Source: Vicugna vicugna
Taxonomy: Eukaryota
NCBI GenBank assembly: GCA_013265495.1
Contig: MU057887.1
Coordinates: 3,445,576 to 3,509,575 of the forward strand
DNA: 64,000 nt
Direction of reading: 5' to 3'
This document shows positions 33,601 to 46,620 of the stretch, in pieces (the stretch's first letter is position 1; each line of letters starts with the position of its first letter). The notes beneath the pieces were generated by a model. It was not told the origin of the DNA, searched no databases, and saw nothing but the letters and a program-made list of their open reading frames with translations. A program made the translations under genes and the position numbers.

Positions 33601-36600
33601 CCTCACGCCCCACGGCCGTCTTCCTGCATCACAGGCACCCGTGGGGCCGGGTGCTCCTGCTGGGTGCGTGGAGGTCGGTGGCGTTTCCCAGTGGCTCCCC
33701 TGGCAGGACGTCCAGGGAGCTATGGGGCCGCACTCCTGAAGGGGCCACAGCGAGGCTCGGGCTGGGGGCTGGGGGCCGGGGGCAGCAGGCAGGCGGGGGC
33801 CACACTCACAGGCCAGGGGCCCTGCAGCCCCTCTGCCTGGGGTCCCCCGCCCCCTTTCGTGGGACAAGCATTTGGGGTTTTCTACTGTTTTGCCGGAAAG
33901 ACTGTTCGCCTTTCCTTGCAGAATGGCTTCTGCTGCTAAAAGCAAACTGAAAACAGAGAAGCAGAAGCCCCCTTTCCCGCCACCACAGCGCCCCTCCTCC
34001 CCTCTCCCCCTGGGCGCCTGGGGACCTCCAGTCTGCCAGTGCCCGCCAGGGGCCCGCGCACCAAGGGCAGGCGTGTGTCCAGACGGCCCACGGGGGGAGT
34101 GCAAGGGGGCGGCAGCGGGATGCTGCTCCTCTCCTTCTCCAACCTCTGGCTTTTATTTTACTATGAAACACAGGAGCTTCCCCAGCCTCCTGCATGCCAG
34201 GCTCACGCTGCGCTCCAAGTCCCCGGCCAGCACAGATGCAAATGTAACACCCAGGAGAGGTAAAGAGGCCAGAGGGCTTCCTGGAGGCAGAGGCACTGTG
34301 GTGCTCCCAGGCCTCCTTCCAAGGCCTGCAGGGGATGGGCTGGAGTACGGAATCAGCTCACGGAGCTCTGGAGGCTGAACCAGGACCCCCAGTCTCTGCG
34401 GCTCAGGGAGCCACAGGACTTGTGGTCTGCAGTCCTGGGGTGCCGGGGAGTCCAAAACAGCCTTTAGGGAAGGACGTGAGTGGCCTGGAGGCTCGGGGGC
34501 ATGCCAGCCGGCCGGCACTACCCAGGTCCACCAGGATGCTCACGCCGCATCCGTGGCCTCCAAGCTGAGGGGTCGGCCTGGCCTCGCTCCAGCCAGCCCC
34601 CAGCCCCCGCGCACCCCATGACCCCACAGCCTCTGCCTGGCCTGAATTCCCATCTAGGTTCTCCTTGTAGGCAGATTGTCATCAGACAGGTCACTGCCAC
34701 CAGCAGCTCCAGAGAGGCCACACTTTGCTGGTCCCTGTGTCGGCATTTGCAGATAATCTGTCACCACTTCGTGCTGAAGTGATGTGACCACAGCTGTGAC
34801 AACTGGGCAAGCTGGCTCGTTATCCGGGTCTGGCAGTCCCCGCTCCGGCGAGCACTCCCCTGCCCTCCCCGCCGCTCTCTCGCAGGCTTGATTAATTTTG
34901 TTTACGCACAAAAATGTATTTCCATGGAGAATAGTGACTTCTGTTTTGAGTATAACTAGACACAATTTTTAACCCACATATCAATTACTTATAGGAAATA
35001 CTGAATTTTTCAGAAAGACTCTGCTGGAGACAAGGCTGCTGTGGGGAGAGCTTGAGGAAAGACTTTACTTATTTACTTATTTTAACCAGTGGGATCCTGA
35101 CGAGGACTTGGCAGGGCCTCCTTTGGGGAGCACTATGGCCAGTGGCTGCAGGTGGGGGGCGTCTGTCAGGTACGTGTTTGGAAGGTAGATATGATTGTAC
35201 CACCCGGGGCCCCAAGAAAATGAGCCTGGGAGACGGCACCCTACGGGCCCCGAGCCTGGGAGCCACGCTGGCCTTCCTGCAGCAGTGCGAGGAGGCCACG
35301 CAGGCTGGACACCACGGACGGCCCCACCTCGGTCCCCATGGCCTCCCCCTTCCCCCTGCTCCTCTCTGGAAGCACCCAGAGCCACCAGCCCAAATCCAGG
35401 CCTTCCTTGAAGGGCAGGCGAGCCCCCACCCTCTCCCCATCACTGAGCGCAGGGAAGGTGGCATCTGGTCACCTCTCCCCTGCGCCCACTGAGCTGAAGG
35501 GGACACTGGCCTCTGCAGGCCTGGGACGGAGTAGATTCTCAACACTGGGGACTCCGTCCTGGTTGGTGCCAACGTCCCCCGTGTGACCATGGGCCTCCCA
35601 GCCTCCCACAAGGGCCCCTCTGGCCAGTAAGTGCTGTGCTTACCCCACCCATCAGCCCACGCAGTGGACCTGTGCCATTCCCACCCTCGGGGACTCACGC
35701 GCTCCACGTGCCTGTCGTGCGGCATGGAGGTGGGGCGCGGCCAGCACCTGCCGCCTGCCCTCCCAGCGCTGCGTGGTGAGCAGCCCTGCGCCCCTGCGTG
35801 GCGGCCGGAGGCCACAGCTGAGGCCCCTGCACCCCGTCCACTCAAGTCTGATAGATCTCAGTTTTCACAGCTCACACTGGCGTTCCATCTCCACGCAACT
35901 CCACACAAGCAGACAAAACCAATCTGCAGGCCCTGGTGCTCACCGCAGGGAGGCAGGCTGACCCCCACCCGCCAAGCCTGCAGCCTCACTGTCTGCACCC
36001 AGGTCCAACCAGGCCGAGCGGCCCTTGATGGAGGTGGGGGCACTCCGACTGCTGCCCAGGAAGGACCTGGACGCTGCCTGCATGCACCCACAGACCCCGG
36101 CCCCCACTGGGCCCAGGGAAGAAGCCGCGCCTTCCTCCCACTCCCCAAATACCCAACAGTGCGGCCACCAGACACCCCTCCCCTGAACCAGCCTCCAGGA
36201 GCTGCTGCCCGGGACTGGACACCGGCAGTCAGTCCTGGGTCTTGTGTGTCCCTGCCCTTTGACCTGTCCCCCAGCCTCTGGTCCTACCCTCTGGGTAGGG
36301 CTCAAGCTAGGCCTGGGCCAGGGCTCGCCTCTCCACCAGCCCCATCCTCTGGACCCCAGCCAGACCCCAGCCCCAAAGCCAGGACCACAGTGCCCGGCAG
36401 CTGCGTCCACAAGGAGCCTGTGGGCGTGGCTTCGGCTCAGGGAGCCGGGAGGAGAGCCCGAGTGGGAAGCTCACGTCCTGAGCGACCTGTTCGCTGGTCC
36501 CATCTGTCAGCCCCAACCCTCGTCTTGCAGGTCCAGTCCCGAGGCTGCTGTCGGCCTCCACGAGGGGAGAGGACTGGAGGACCCCTCGCACACGCAGCGC

Positions 36601-39600
36601 GGATGAGCTTGGAGGGGGAGGAAGACCTCGCTCGGGCTCCCCTCCGCCCTCTGCTCGCCTCCCGGGCGTCCCCACTGCCCAGCATTCAGCCACCCAGACG
36701 TCCACAGCTCCGGCCCGCAGCTCCTGGCATGCCTGGCCCCTGAGCGCCATGCCAGCACATGCCCCAGGGTGGAGCCGAGACCACCCTGAGAGGCGCACGG
36801 AGGACCAGGCACCCCGGTCTCCACTCCGGACTTCACCCGGAAGCACCAGCAGTGGGTCCCTCGGGGTCACGGGACCCAAGACCATTAACGGTTTTCTCGG
36901 AGCCTTTTGGTACGTTTTTGCCACCGAGAAGGCACTGCTTCTATGAAAGAGACGGAGGCAGCACCCAAGCGCGAGGGGCTGGGGGCAGCTCAGGGCCCCC
37001 TCGCCTCGTCCCCAGGGCTGGCGGGAGCTCCCGACAGGCTTGGAGGTTTGGACAGAAAATAGCTGGGGGACGAGTACAGAGGGGGGACAAAGACAGGCCG
37101 AGCCCACCCACCTTGTGGCCACTCCCTCCCGTGGATGTCACCCAGCAACGTCCCACTCTGGCCACTCCCTCTGGCCGCCCACACCCCGCCCTCCAGCAAA
37201 CCCATAGGCTCGGGGTCCCTCCCCACCAGGGACCTCCCCCTGTTTCCTCTGCCATGTCCGAATGCGACCACCAGGCTAGCAGGACCGCCAGGCACTGCCC
37301 CCACACGGACGCTCACCTGCTGCAGCGTGAGGACCAGGCCAGGCCGCGGGCAGCCTCTGCCCACACGCCCGGAGCAGAGGTCAGGCGCCGGGCCTGAGGG
37401 GCTCACAGGAGTCCCGCTAAAAGCCCAGCCCCCACCTGGAGGGTGCCCGTCCTGCCAGGGCCAAATGAAGAGGAGCCGGGGGTCACAGTCAGCCCGGGGA
37501 CGGATGACCACTGGCCCTGTGCCCTGGGAGGCAGGGTGGCCACGCAGCATCTGCCTGCAGCCCAGCCCCCGCCCTCCCTGCTCAGCATCCTGGACCCCCG
37601 CTTCCCACCCCGGCCTGAGTGTGGCCGTCTGCCGGCTCCAGGCGGCTCATTTGTCTTGATTATCTCCTCTTCACAGCCTGCGCCCCACAGTCCTCCACAT
37701 TTCCAGCGACTGCTGAGGCCAGAAGAGGTTTGAGGGAAAATAATCAGCCAGAACACAGCTGCACACCCCCCATCCCTGCGCTGTGGGCCACCCCAAGTGG
37801 GGCCCGAGCTCAGAGTCAGGACGAGAAGCAGGTGGCGGTCATGGGGCAGCAGGTGGCCTGGGGCCCTCCTGACAGAACCCCTGGCCGTGGGGCCCACCAG
37901 CACACGCAAGCAGGAGGGCTCCCCGAGAGCACTCCACTGCAGGTCTGCGTCTTCCCCCGGGGTCAGCGGCCCTGCCCGGAGCCCTGGCCTGGGCTCGGTC
38001 GCCTCTGCATTCATCTCAGATGCTGGGCAGGTGCCGAGGTTGCTCAGGGAACCGGAGGCGGCCATCCCCCCTCTGTCCTGGGTGCAGGTGCGGGGCCCCC
38101 GGTTCCCACTACACAGGTAGAGGCAGCTCTGCCCAGAGCCCGGAGCTGAGCCCCTGCGGGTGGTCAGAGCCCTGGGGCCACGGGCTGCCCAGTCAAGGTG
38201 GAGGGGAGCAGGCTTCCGTCCCCTGGTGACAAATCCGGCTGAAGCCCAGGCGTCCACCCAGCGGAAGCTGTGTCCACACTGAGATGCTTCCGCTCCCCTC
38301 TGAGGACATCACGTCCCTTCAGTTCTTTTCTCTGTTGTGCCTACTTCACTGTATTTCCTGGATTTTTAAGTCAGTCTAAGAATGTTCTGTCTTAATTTCA
38401 AGCCACGGGCAGATTCCAACTGGCTAACTGGACAGAGGACACCCGGGGAGAGCTGAAAAGTTCGGGAAAGAGGGTCCATCTCTTCCCGGAACCTCTGGGA
38501 TGGGGGGCAGGGGTGCTGTCTGGAAGCAGCAGCCTCAGGGGTCCTAACACAGTGTCCTCTCCTGGTTCTCACAGGCAAATGACAGTAAAAATCTCAGGGG
38601 AAACTGAGGCACAACAGAAGACAGAGGAATGTTCTCACAGAGGGAAGCTTGTTCTCAGCTCAGAAACAGCAAAAGAAAGGCCCAGGGTGGGATGGAGAAA
38701 GGGGGCCCGTCCCACAAACGTGCAGTGACACAGTGACTTCACCAAATGAGGCACCTGGTATAGGTGGTGCATCCCAGCCGGCCGGTGCCCAGAGCCGCTG
38801 CAGGGTGGTGCCAGCAGGGACACCCACGCACTTGCCAAGAGCAGGAGGGACCCCTGGGTGCCATTCCTGGGAGGTGATTTGACAACATAAGTCAAACACA
38901 TTTGTGTGCCCAGTAATCCACTTTTTAAAAGAAATGATTGAAACTACAAGGGAACAGCCCTGAGGCTGGACGATACCCACTGCAGAGTAGTTTATGTAAT
39001 AAAAACTCAGACACAGCTCAACCCCAGTAATAAGGAAATGGGTGAGTAACGACACAGCCGTCCACTCGGCGAAGGACACACGCGATGTCCTGCAGCAGCG
39101 AGTGGAGACCACGCAACAGGGTGACGCAGACACTCTTCCTCTGACGTCCGGTCTGTGACTCCAAGCCTACCTTCCGGGACCAGCAGAGAGAGCATCTTGT
39201 TCTCAGCTATTCGTGGTCAGAATTTCCCCCACCGTGGAGGGTCTCATGTCCTTCGCCCGGAGTCTTGGCTATTTTTTCAGCAATTCATTTGAGCTGTCTG
39301 TATTTTTAGCTATGGACTCTGCCATAGTTGTTACCAAGAGTTGGCCTTGCCTTTTTTTTTTCTGTTGGTCTTTTCTCTGGTTTTACAATCTTTTTCTTGA
39401 GTTCCAAGCATCGCTCTCACATTAGGAACACCTTCATCGTCCAGTAATCAGCGCACCTGGATGGCATACTGGACACAGGCGGGTGGCGGGCTGAGTCCGA
39501 GGGGCTGGCCTGTCATCGCGCCCTGAGGCCCTCGGCCCCTGACCAGGCTGGCTTTTCTTCAGATCACTTTTCACTGTGCAAGTGACTTGAGTGTGCTTAC

Positions 39601-40018
39601 GTGTCCACCGACTGCCTCCCCACAGGGACAGCAGGGACCTCATCTGTGTGTCTACTTCTGGGTCCCCAGGATCCAGGCCTACAGTTGGCCCAGCCAGCAA
39701 GTCAGTCCACCCCGAGTGAACTGACCCTTCATCGCTGCTGTCCAGGAGGCATGGTGGACAGGACACATCAGGCCTCCTCCTTACAGGCACCACCAGGCAA
39801 GCATCCCCCAGAGCTGCCCACCCGGCCCTCTGGTCACCAGGAGCCCCAGGAGAGTTGGCAGCTGCCACCAGAAAGAATCAAAAAGCAGACATACCTGGGA
39901 GAGAGCTAAAGTCTAGGGGCTCGGGAAGGGGTAGTGGCGTGTCTCCAGCTCACGTGGGCTGAGAACCAGGCCGTTCTTCTAATAGGTCACAAAACTATTA
40001 TAAAAAATGCCATGCCCA

Positions 40019-40196
40019 GGGGGAGGGTGTAGCTCTGTGGAAGAGCACATGCTTAGCTGCACAAAGTCCCGGGCTCAATCCCCAGTCCCTCCACTAAAAA
40101 AATAAATATATAAACCTAATTACCTCCCTCCCCCGCAAAAAAAATTTTATTAAAATAATTTTAAGTACATACCTTAATTTAAAAATACTTTATTAA
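40019..40196 (+). mobile_element. tRNA-derived SINE (camelid Vic-1-like) with 17-bp TSD
   Basis: A box TAGCTCTGTGG, degenerate B box GGGCTCAATCC, A-rich tail. TSD aaaaaatgccatgccca (40002-40018) / aaaaaatgccaggccca (40197-40213). Confidence 0.92.
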
Positions 40197-40213
40197 AAAA
40201 AATGCCAGGCCCA

Positions 40214-40700
40214 TGAATCTGAAATTTTACACACAGTGGAAAGTGTCCTTGATAACCCACAGAGCTGACATAAGAAGAAAGGAAAGTGCATGTGGTCCTC
40301 TATTAAACACATTGAACACATAATTTAAAACCTTTCCTCAAAGAAAAACTTCCCGCAGACTTTGCCAGTGGCTCCCATGAGATATTTAAGGAAGAAATCG
40401 TGTCGATCTTACGGAAACTCCCTCGGAGAATAACAGAGGGTGGAAACGACGCAGCTCATCTATGAAGCTGGCGTGACTCTGAGACGAGTCACTGGACCGA
40501 GGCACTGAATCTGAACATCAGATTAAAGCCCTTCTTACCCATGAAATTCCTGCCTAAACGGGAACTCCCCAAGGAGACACTCACGAGCCAGACCTCGCAG
40601 CGTGCTAAAGGATCTCAGCCACGTGGGGTCACCCCGGGAGGGCAAAGTCAGCGCCACATTTGAGAATCAGCCCACATAGTTTACCAGGTCGCTGCTGGGC
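40214..40700 (+). mobile_element. Old L1 ORF2 fragment
   Basis: 'taatttaaaacctttcctcaaagaaaaacttcccg...gatatttaaggaagaaatcgtgtcgatctta'. Confidence 0.75.
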
Positions 40701-42219
40701 CGAGGAGGTTCAACGCGTGGAAAGGTTCCTGGGGGATCAGAACGCCTTTCCTCCCACTCCAGGGACCGAGGCTGATGGCAGGGGCCAAGTCACCGACCTG
40801 GAGGAACAGGTGAAAGCCAGTGGGCTTGGCTGATCTGGGTGGAAGACGGGGAGGCTCCCAAGACCACGTGAGCCAGGAACCTGGCCATCCACACCTCTCA
40901 CCTCGGGCGTAGGTCAGCAGGTCCGTGGGTCTCCTCTGACAGGTCCTGTTCCCATGGGCATTGGCCGCACTCAGCTCCCCCCATCACCGAACCACGCGCC
41001 CCTACGGCATCCTTCTCAAAGCACAAATACGATCGGGCTACTCCCCAGCTGAACAAAGCTTAATGGCCTGGAAGATAAACCCCAAATCTTACAGGGCCTC
41101 CAAAGCTCTTGGCAGAGTGGCCCAAGCCAGCTTCCCGAGGTACAGAAGTCTCTGCTGAGGCCCCCGGCCGGCCAGGCGCTCTACACCCGGAACTGCAGGC
41201 TCACGGCTCCCTGTAACCATCCCTCATGCTCGCCCCGCTCTCCTGGACCAGCCCCACTGTCCAACTGACCACCTCCTCTGAGCTCCCCACGCCAACCCCT
41301 CCTGTGCTGGTCCCACGGGGTCCCTGCCACCTGTTCCCAGGCCAACACTGAGCCTCGGTCTTGCATCCCCAGCACCAGGCCACATGAGGCTTTCAGGAAA
41401 GACAGGTCATGGGGAGGGACCAGAGGCCGGTGGGCAGACAGCTGACCACCTGTGGGGAAAACGTCAGAGGACCACACCGCGGTGGTGACGGAGGAAGAAC
41501 CTGGCCCAGTTAATTCAGCATTTGCCAGTGATGGTGCCGCATGTCAGCAAGAGCTTGGTAAGTGCCTACTGTGTGCAGGGCACCCCCAGGGGCTCCCTCT
41601 CTGCTGGCGGGGAGCATAGTGTTAATTACACACTAACATTAATGGACACTTACTAAGCACTGGGAGCGGCACTCCTGCCAGCCTGGTCCACGCACATCAC
41701 CCTCGATGACCCACTGAGGCAGGGATGGTGCAGGGACGCCCGCATCCTGCAGATGACTGCCCAAGTCACACACAGGCCCCCAGCTCAAGACCAGCCCTGT
41801 CCACACGGCAGCCGCTGGCCTCTGTGGTCACTGAGCACTTAGACCACGGCCTGTGCAGCGGAGGGGCTGGAACAGAGCAAACTCACCAGCAAGGAACTTG
41901 CTTGGACGGGCAGGGTTTTAAGCTAATACATTTGTGCTCCAAAGTAGAATCAATTCTCTTTGAAAGGTGCCAGTTTTGGTCAATTTGGATGTGAGTATCA
42001 AGGGAAGACGATTTTTTGTGCTCAGTTCAGTTACTGGAAAATTTTTAATACTTTGAAACAACTGGGGAAAGTGAATTTACCTTCCGAGCTGTAAGTTTTA
42101 TGAAATACAAACACAGGTCGTTTGGCCAATGAAATATTAGCCTCTGAATGAGATGCGTCATGCGTGTAACATCCTCACCAGGTGTCAGAGACTCCGTGTT
42201 GAAAAGAACGCAAGGTACC

Positions 42220-43160
42220 CCACTGGCAGCTCATGCTGAAAACAGCCCGGGGCTAAAACCCGACCAAGCACTTCACCAAGGAAGACAGACACGTGGCCAC
42301 CAGGCACGTGAGAAACGCTCAGCGTCGCTAATTATCAGAGAAAAGCAAATCAAAACTACGATGAGGGATCACCTCACACCAGTCAGAATGGCTATCATTC
42401 AAAAGTCCACCAATGACAAATGCTGGAAAGGCTGTGGAGAAAGGGGAACCCTCCTACACTGCTGGTGGGAATGCAGTTTGGTGCAGCCACTGTGGAAAAC
42501 AGTGTGGAGATTCCTCAAAAGACTAGGAATAGACTTACCATGTGACCCAGGAATCCCACTCTTGGGCTTATATCCCGAAGGAACCCTACTTCAGGATGAC
42601 ACCTGCACCCCAATGTTCATAGCAGCATTATTTACAATAGCCAAGACATCAACAGATGATAAAGAAGTTGTGGTGTAATTATACGATGGAATACTACTCA
42701 GCCATAAAAAGAATAAAATAATGCCATTTGCAGCAACATGGATGCTCCTGGAGAATGTCATTCTAAGTGAAGTAAGCCAGAAAGAGAAAGAAAAATACCA
42801 TATGAGATCGCTCATATGTGGACTCTAAAAAAAAAAAAGACACAAATGAATGTATTTACAAAACAGAAACAGACTCACAGACACAGAAGGCAAACTTGTG
42901 GTTACCAGGGGGAGGGGGAGGGAAGGGATAAGTTGGGAGTTCAAGACTTTCAGACACTGACTACTGTGTATGAAACAGATAAACAACAAGCTCCTACTGT
43001 GCAGCACAGGGAACTGTACTCAATCTCTTACAGTAACTTACGGTGAAAAAGAACATGAAAATGAAAATACGCGCGTTCCTGTGTGGCTGAAGCACTGCTC
43101 TGTGCACCAGAGATTAACATGACATTGTGAGCCGACGGTGCTTCAGTGAAAATACAGATA
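42220..43160 (+). mobile_element. Relatively young 5'-truncated L1 (camelid type): ORF2 C-terminal CCHC region plus 3' UTR
   Basis: Translates as [63 protein letters not shown]...IPLLGLYP...[14 protein letters not shown], the canonical L1 ORF2p C-terminus, followed by a typical 3' UTR. Confidence 0.97.
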
Positions 43161-43170
43161 CATTCTTATA

Positions 43171-43286
43171 TTTTGGAGGGGGGAGACAATTAAGTATTTA
43201 TTTTATTTAATGGAGGGACTGGGGATTGAACCCGGGACCTCATGCAGGCTAAACACACGCTCTACAGCTGAGCTATACCCTCACCC
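43171..43286 (-). mobile_element. tRNA-derived SINE (camelid Vic-1-like), antisense, inserted at the L1 tail
   Basis: 'gactggggattgaacccgggacctcatgcaggctaaacacacgctctacagctgagctataccctc' is the reverse complement of the 40019 SINE head. Confidence 0.92.
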
Positions 43287-45009
43287 ACTAAGTAGTTTTT
43301 TTAATATATATAAATACATTTGACATTTTCAGTAATAAAAAGGGGTTTTGTTTAAATCCTCCAGAGGGGCTCAAACCAGCCGTCTTGGGTCAGGGCCCCC
43401 TCGGGGCACCCACAGTGACGGGGACAGAAAGCAGAGAAGGAGGCAGCCCCGCCCCCACGACGCGTGGAGGGGCTTTGCCTCGGGAGAGGGCTGGCGGGTC
43501 TGGCCCCGGCCCTGGGGGGAGAGTGGCCCGTGGGTGCATGACGTTGCCGTCCTCTCGAGAAGCGCGTGCCCGGGGCCCACGGGCCGGAGCTGCCCCGGCG
43601 CAGCTGCCTCTGGCCGTCCTGGCTCCCATTTTCCTGGTCTGCTCCTCCCAGAGCCCGAGAGCGCGCTGGGGCCTCGGAGCCAGAAGCGGTGCTGGGCTCT
43701 GGGCCGGGGCGGGGGTCTACTGCCGAGCCTCGAGCAGTATCTGATTGTGCATCCTTATTGCACGAAATCAAATCCCCGCACGCGGAGCACGGATTCCCGG
43801 GAGGGGTGGCGGGGAGTCCGCGGGGCAATCACGCGCACGCCCTCCGTGCGGGGTTTCCCACTCTGCACGCTTGTTTGGGAAAGGCTTCTGGCCAAGACAG
43901 TCTGAACGCGTCAGAGCTGAAACGGCATTCTCACCTTCAGCAAATAGACCTCCTCCTGCTCGGAACGGCAATCTGCGATGCGGGGACGTCAGAAATAGCT
44001 GTCAACTCTCATTACGCTCCCGGGGACAGACCCACTTACCAGCCCCCAGAGACCCGGACCCTAGCAGCCCATCCGGACGCCTCCCCTCCCGGCCCCCGAG
44101 CCGTCACTCAGAGACCTGTCAGGTTTCCGGTTGCCAGGTTCCGGCTGGAAACCAGGGGCTGTGCAGACAGACAGGGTTTGGGGCTGGTGGAACAGGACAC
44201 CCCAGGTTTTTTAAAGCCCCCACAGTTGGAGACAGAGCCCCTGAACCTGCCTGCTCCCCGGCCGAGAGGGGGCTCCTTGTCAGAGAGGACGCTCCAGGGG
44301 TCTCCCGTCGCAAGGGAGGGATGAGGGGACATGCCAGCCCGACCCAACTCCACTCCCTGGCAACATCATCTCCACTGCCCAGCCCCCCAGAGGGGCGGGC
44401 GGAGGGTGGATGTAAATGGATCCAGTGTGAGTGGCTGAGCCCGGAGCCCCACACCCAAGCCCCACCTCTCTCTGACCGTAGGACACGGGTGTGGCCCTGG
44501 CAACACTTTACTCTGTCACGCCTCACAGACAATCCCCAGTGTCTCTCGCTCCCTGGAAGACTTTCATGTCCACCTCCTCTCCCCTTCAGCCGCCTGCACC
44601 GCCTCACTCTGAGCCACACCTTCCTTTGATTAGAGACCTGGGACACAGCGTGTGTGAGAGCAGCGGACGAGAGAAGTGGGCTCCCAACTAGGCAGGCCCC
44701 GCTTCCTGTGGTTCCTCCAGACGCCACCCCCAGGCCCTCCCCTCCACCACCCTCCCTCCAGCGCCCGGGAGCCCAAGCTCAAGGAGGTGGTCCTCGTTCC
44801 CAGGCAGAGCTGGGAGGCGGAGGGGCCCTGCGGGGCCATGTGGCTGGAGCCTGCATGATGGGGGGAGGGCCAGGGAAGGAGGAGAGACCGCAGGTCAGGA
44901 GGGAGGGACGGCATGCTGGCCACCCGTGTGGACTTGTGGCCAGACCAGACAGTGCGAGGACCCCTGGTGGGCACAGGGTGGGTGGGGGATAATAACACTG
45001 ACGTCCAGA

Positions 45010-45312
45010 TGCACACACTGACACGGTCACACACATGTAGCCATGCACATACAGACACACACATGCTACTGCATAAACACATATGCACACATACTTAAAG
45101 CTACACACATGCAGAGACACAGACATATGTTCTGACATGTAATGCACATGTATGCACACAGCATAGCACACATGCATGTATACACCCACAGAGACACATC
45201 AGTGCACATATACATGACACACAAGCACATGAACACACACGTATACACATGCACCCAGTCATACTTACTCAGGTACATGTCACATGACACACATGCGTGC
45301 ACATGTCCACAC
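45010..45312. repeat. Long degenerate (CA/TG/TA)n tract
   Basis: About 300 bp of alternating purine-pyrimidine acacatgcac-type units. Confidence 0.92.
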
Positions 45313-46207
45313 AGGCAGGTCGGCAGCCCCAGGTCCTTGGACGCACCTTAAGTGGGGGCCCCACACTGGCTGGTACTCCTGTCCCCATGTGGCTGCTCCC
45401 TCCCTGCCATCACATCGTCCATCCCTTGATCGCAGCCCACGTTCATGTCTTCTGCAAGCGTACAGGCATGTGAGCGGGAAGAAGTAGCCACACCCCTTGC
45501 AGAGCTGAGAAGGCCGCCCCCTCCTTACAGCTGTGTTTACGTCCTGACTTCACTCTGGGGGCCGAGGACACCCCGTCCGCACAACTTGACCATCAGCGCT
45601 GAGCAGCCTGCCCCCGGGGACGCATGGCCTGGCGCTCGAGAGATTGGCAATTTGATTATGAGACAGAATAATGCTGCAGTGGTCGCGTATGTAATTTACT
45701 TAAATGGAACAGAATGTGACACGCGGTCCTGGAACCCGGGACGCTACCTGTAGGAGCTTATTTGACACAAATTGAGATTTCAAGGTTTACAGATATTGCA
45801 AACGAAAACTCCCCAGAGGCTGTCAATGAGGGTTCACTGGTTTTCCTTTTATTTGGTTTGAATTAATCACGAGAAGGGGGAAAAATAGGCTCTATTTTTT
45901 GAGGGCTTTTTAAATAATGTCATTCTAAAGAGCATATATTTCTTCCAGAGACATAATTAAATTTCCAAATTGCCGTTTCTGGCTCTCGCCTCAGCCACGG
46001 GGGTGTGAAGGGAGTCTCGCTGGTATTCAGGCACCAGGAAAGTCTCGCCCACTTCCAAGCGCTTCTGTCTACACCAGCAGGGACCAGCCACCGAGCAGAG
46101 CAGCAGTGGTGGGAGCCGCCGCCTTGCCTGCCCCTCCTCTCCCGTCCCCTCCCTTCCTGGTGAACTGCAGGGCATGTGACTCTGCAGACCTGATCTCCGG
46201 GCTGGGG

Positions 46208-46620
46208 TGTGTCAGTCAGTGCCACTGCGTAACAAATACCCCAACCTCGGCAGCTTAAAACGACAGACAAGTTTACAGTCAGCGGGCTGTTCTGGTATTG
46301 GTGGGGTTTGCTTGTGCACAGGGTCAGCTGTGAGCTGGGACACATGGCTCTGCTGGCCACAGCTGGCTCTTTCCTGTGTTGGGGGTCCAGCTGGCCGAGG
46401 CTGGTCTGGGGAGGCCTCCACCAGCACAGCTGGACTCCAGCCAGCTAGCCTGGCCCACCTCCAGCATGGCTGGAGGGGCAGGGCTCTGGAGGCCGGCCTC
46501 CGGACTGGTCACAGCACTGAAGCAGGTCACACGCAAGCCTGGCCCAGACGAAAGAGTGGGGAATCGACTCCATAGCTTTGCGGGAGGCACCGCAAAGTGA
46601 CGGTGCAGAGCGGGACCCAG
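46208..46620 (-). mobile_element. MLT1 (MaLR) LTR
   Basis: Reverse MLT1 terminus 'ctgcgtaacaaataccccaacctcggcagcttaaaacgac'. Confidence 0.75.

Noticed and set aside
35631..36743. Longest ORF in the track (370 aa), and similar P/G/A/R-rich ORFs throughout (e.g. 36307-37122, 37403-38257, 43745-44629)
   Set aside because: Low-complexity translations typical of GC-rich non-coding DNA, mostly with non-ATG starts, overlapping on both strands, and without motifs or codon structure.
40019..40095. tRNA-like sequence as a tRNA gene (also 43215-43286 and 52340-52400)
   Set aside because: Degenerate B box and acceptor stem, A-rich tail and TSDs identify these as SINE copies.
42148..42678. 176-aa ORF with a CCHC motif as a host gene
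   Set aside because: It is the C-terminus of L1 ORF2p in a 5'-truncated, internally deleted L1 copy.
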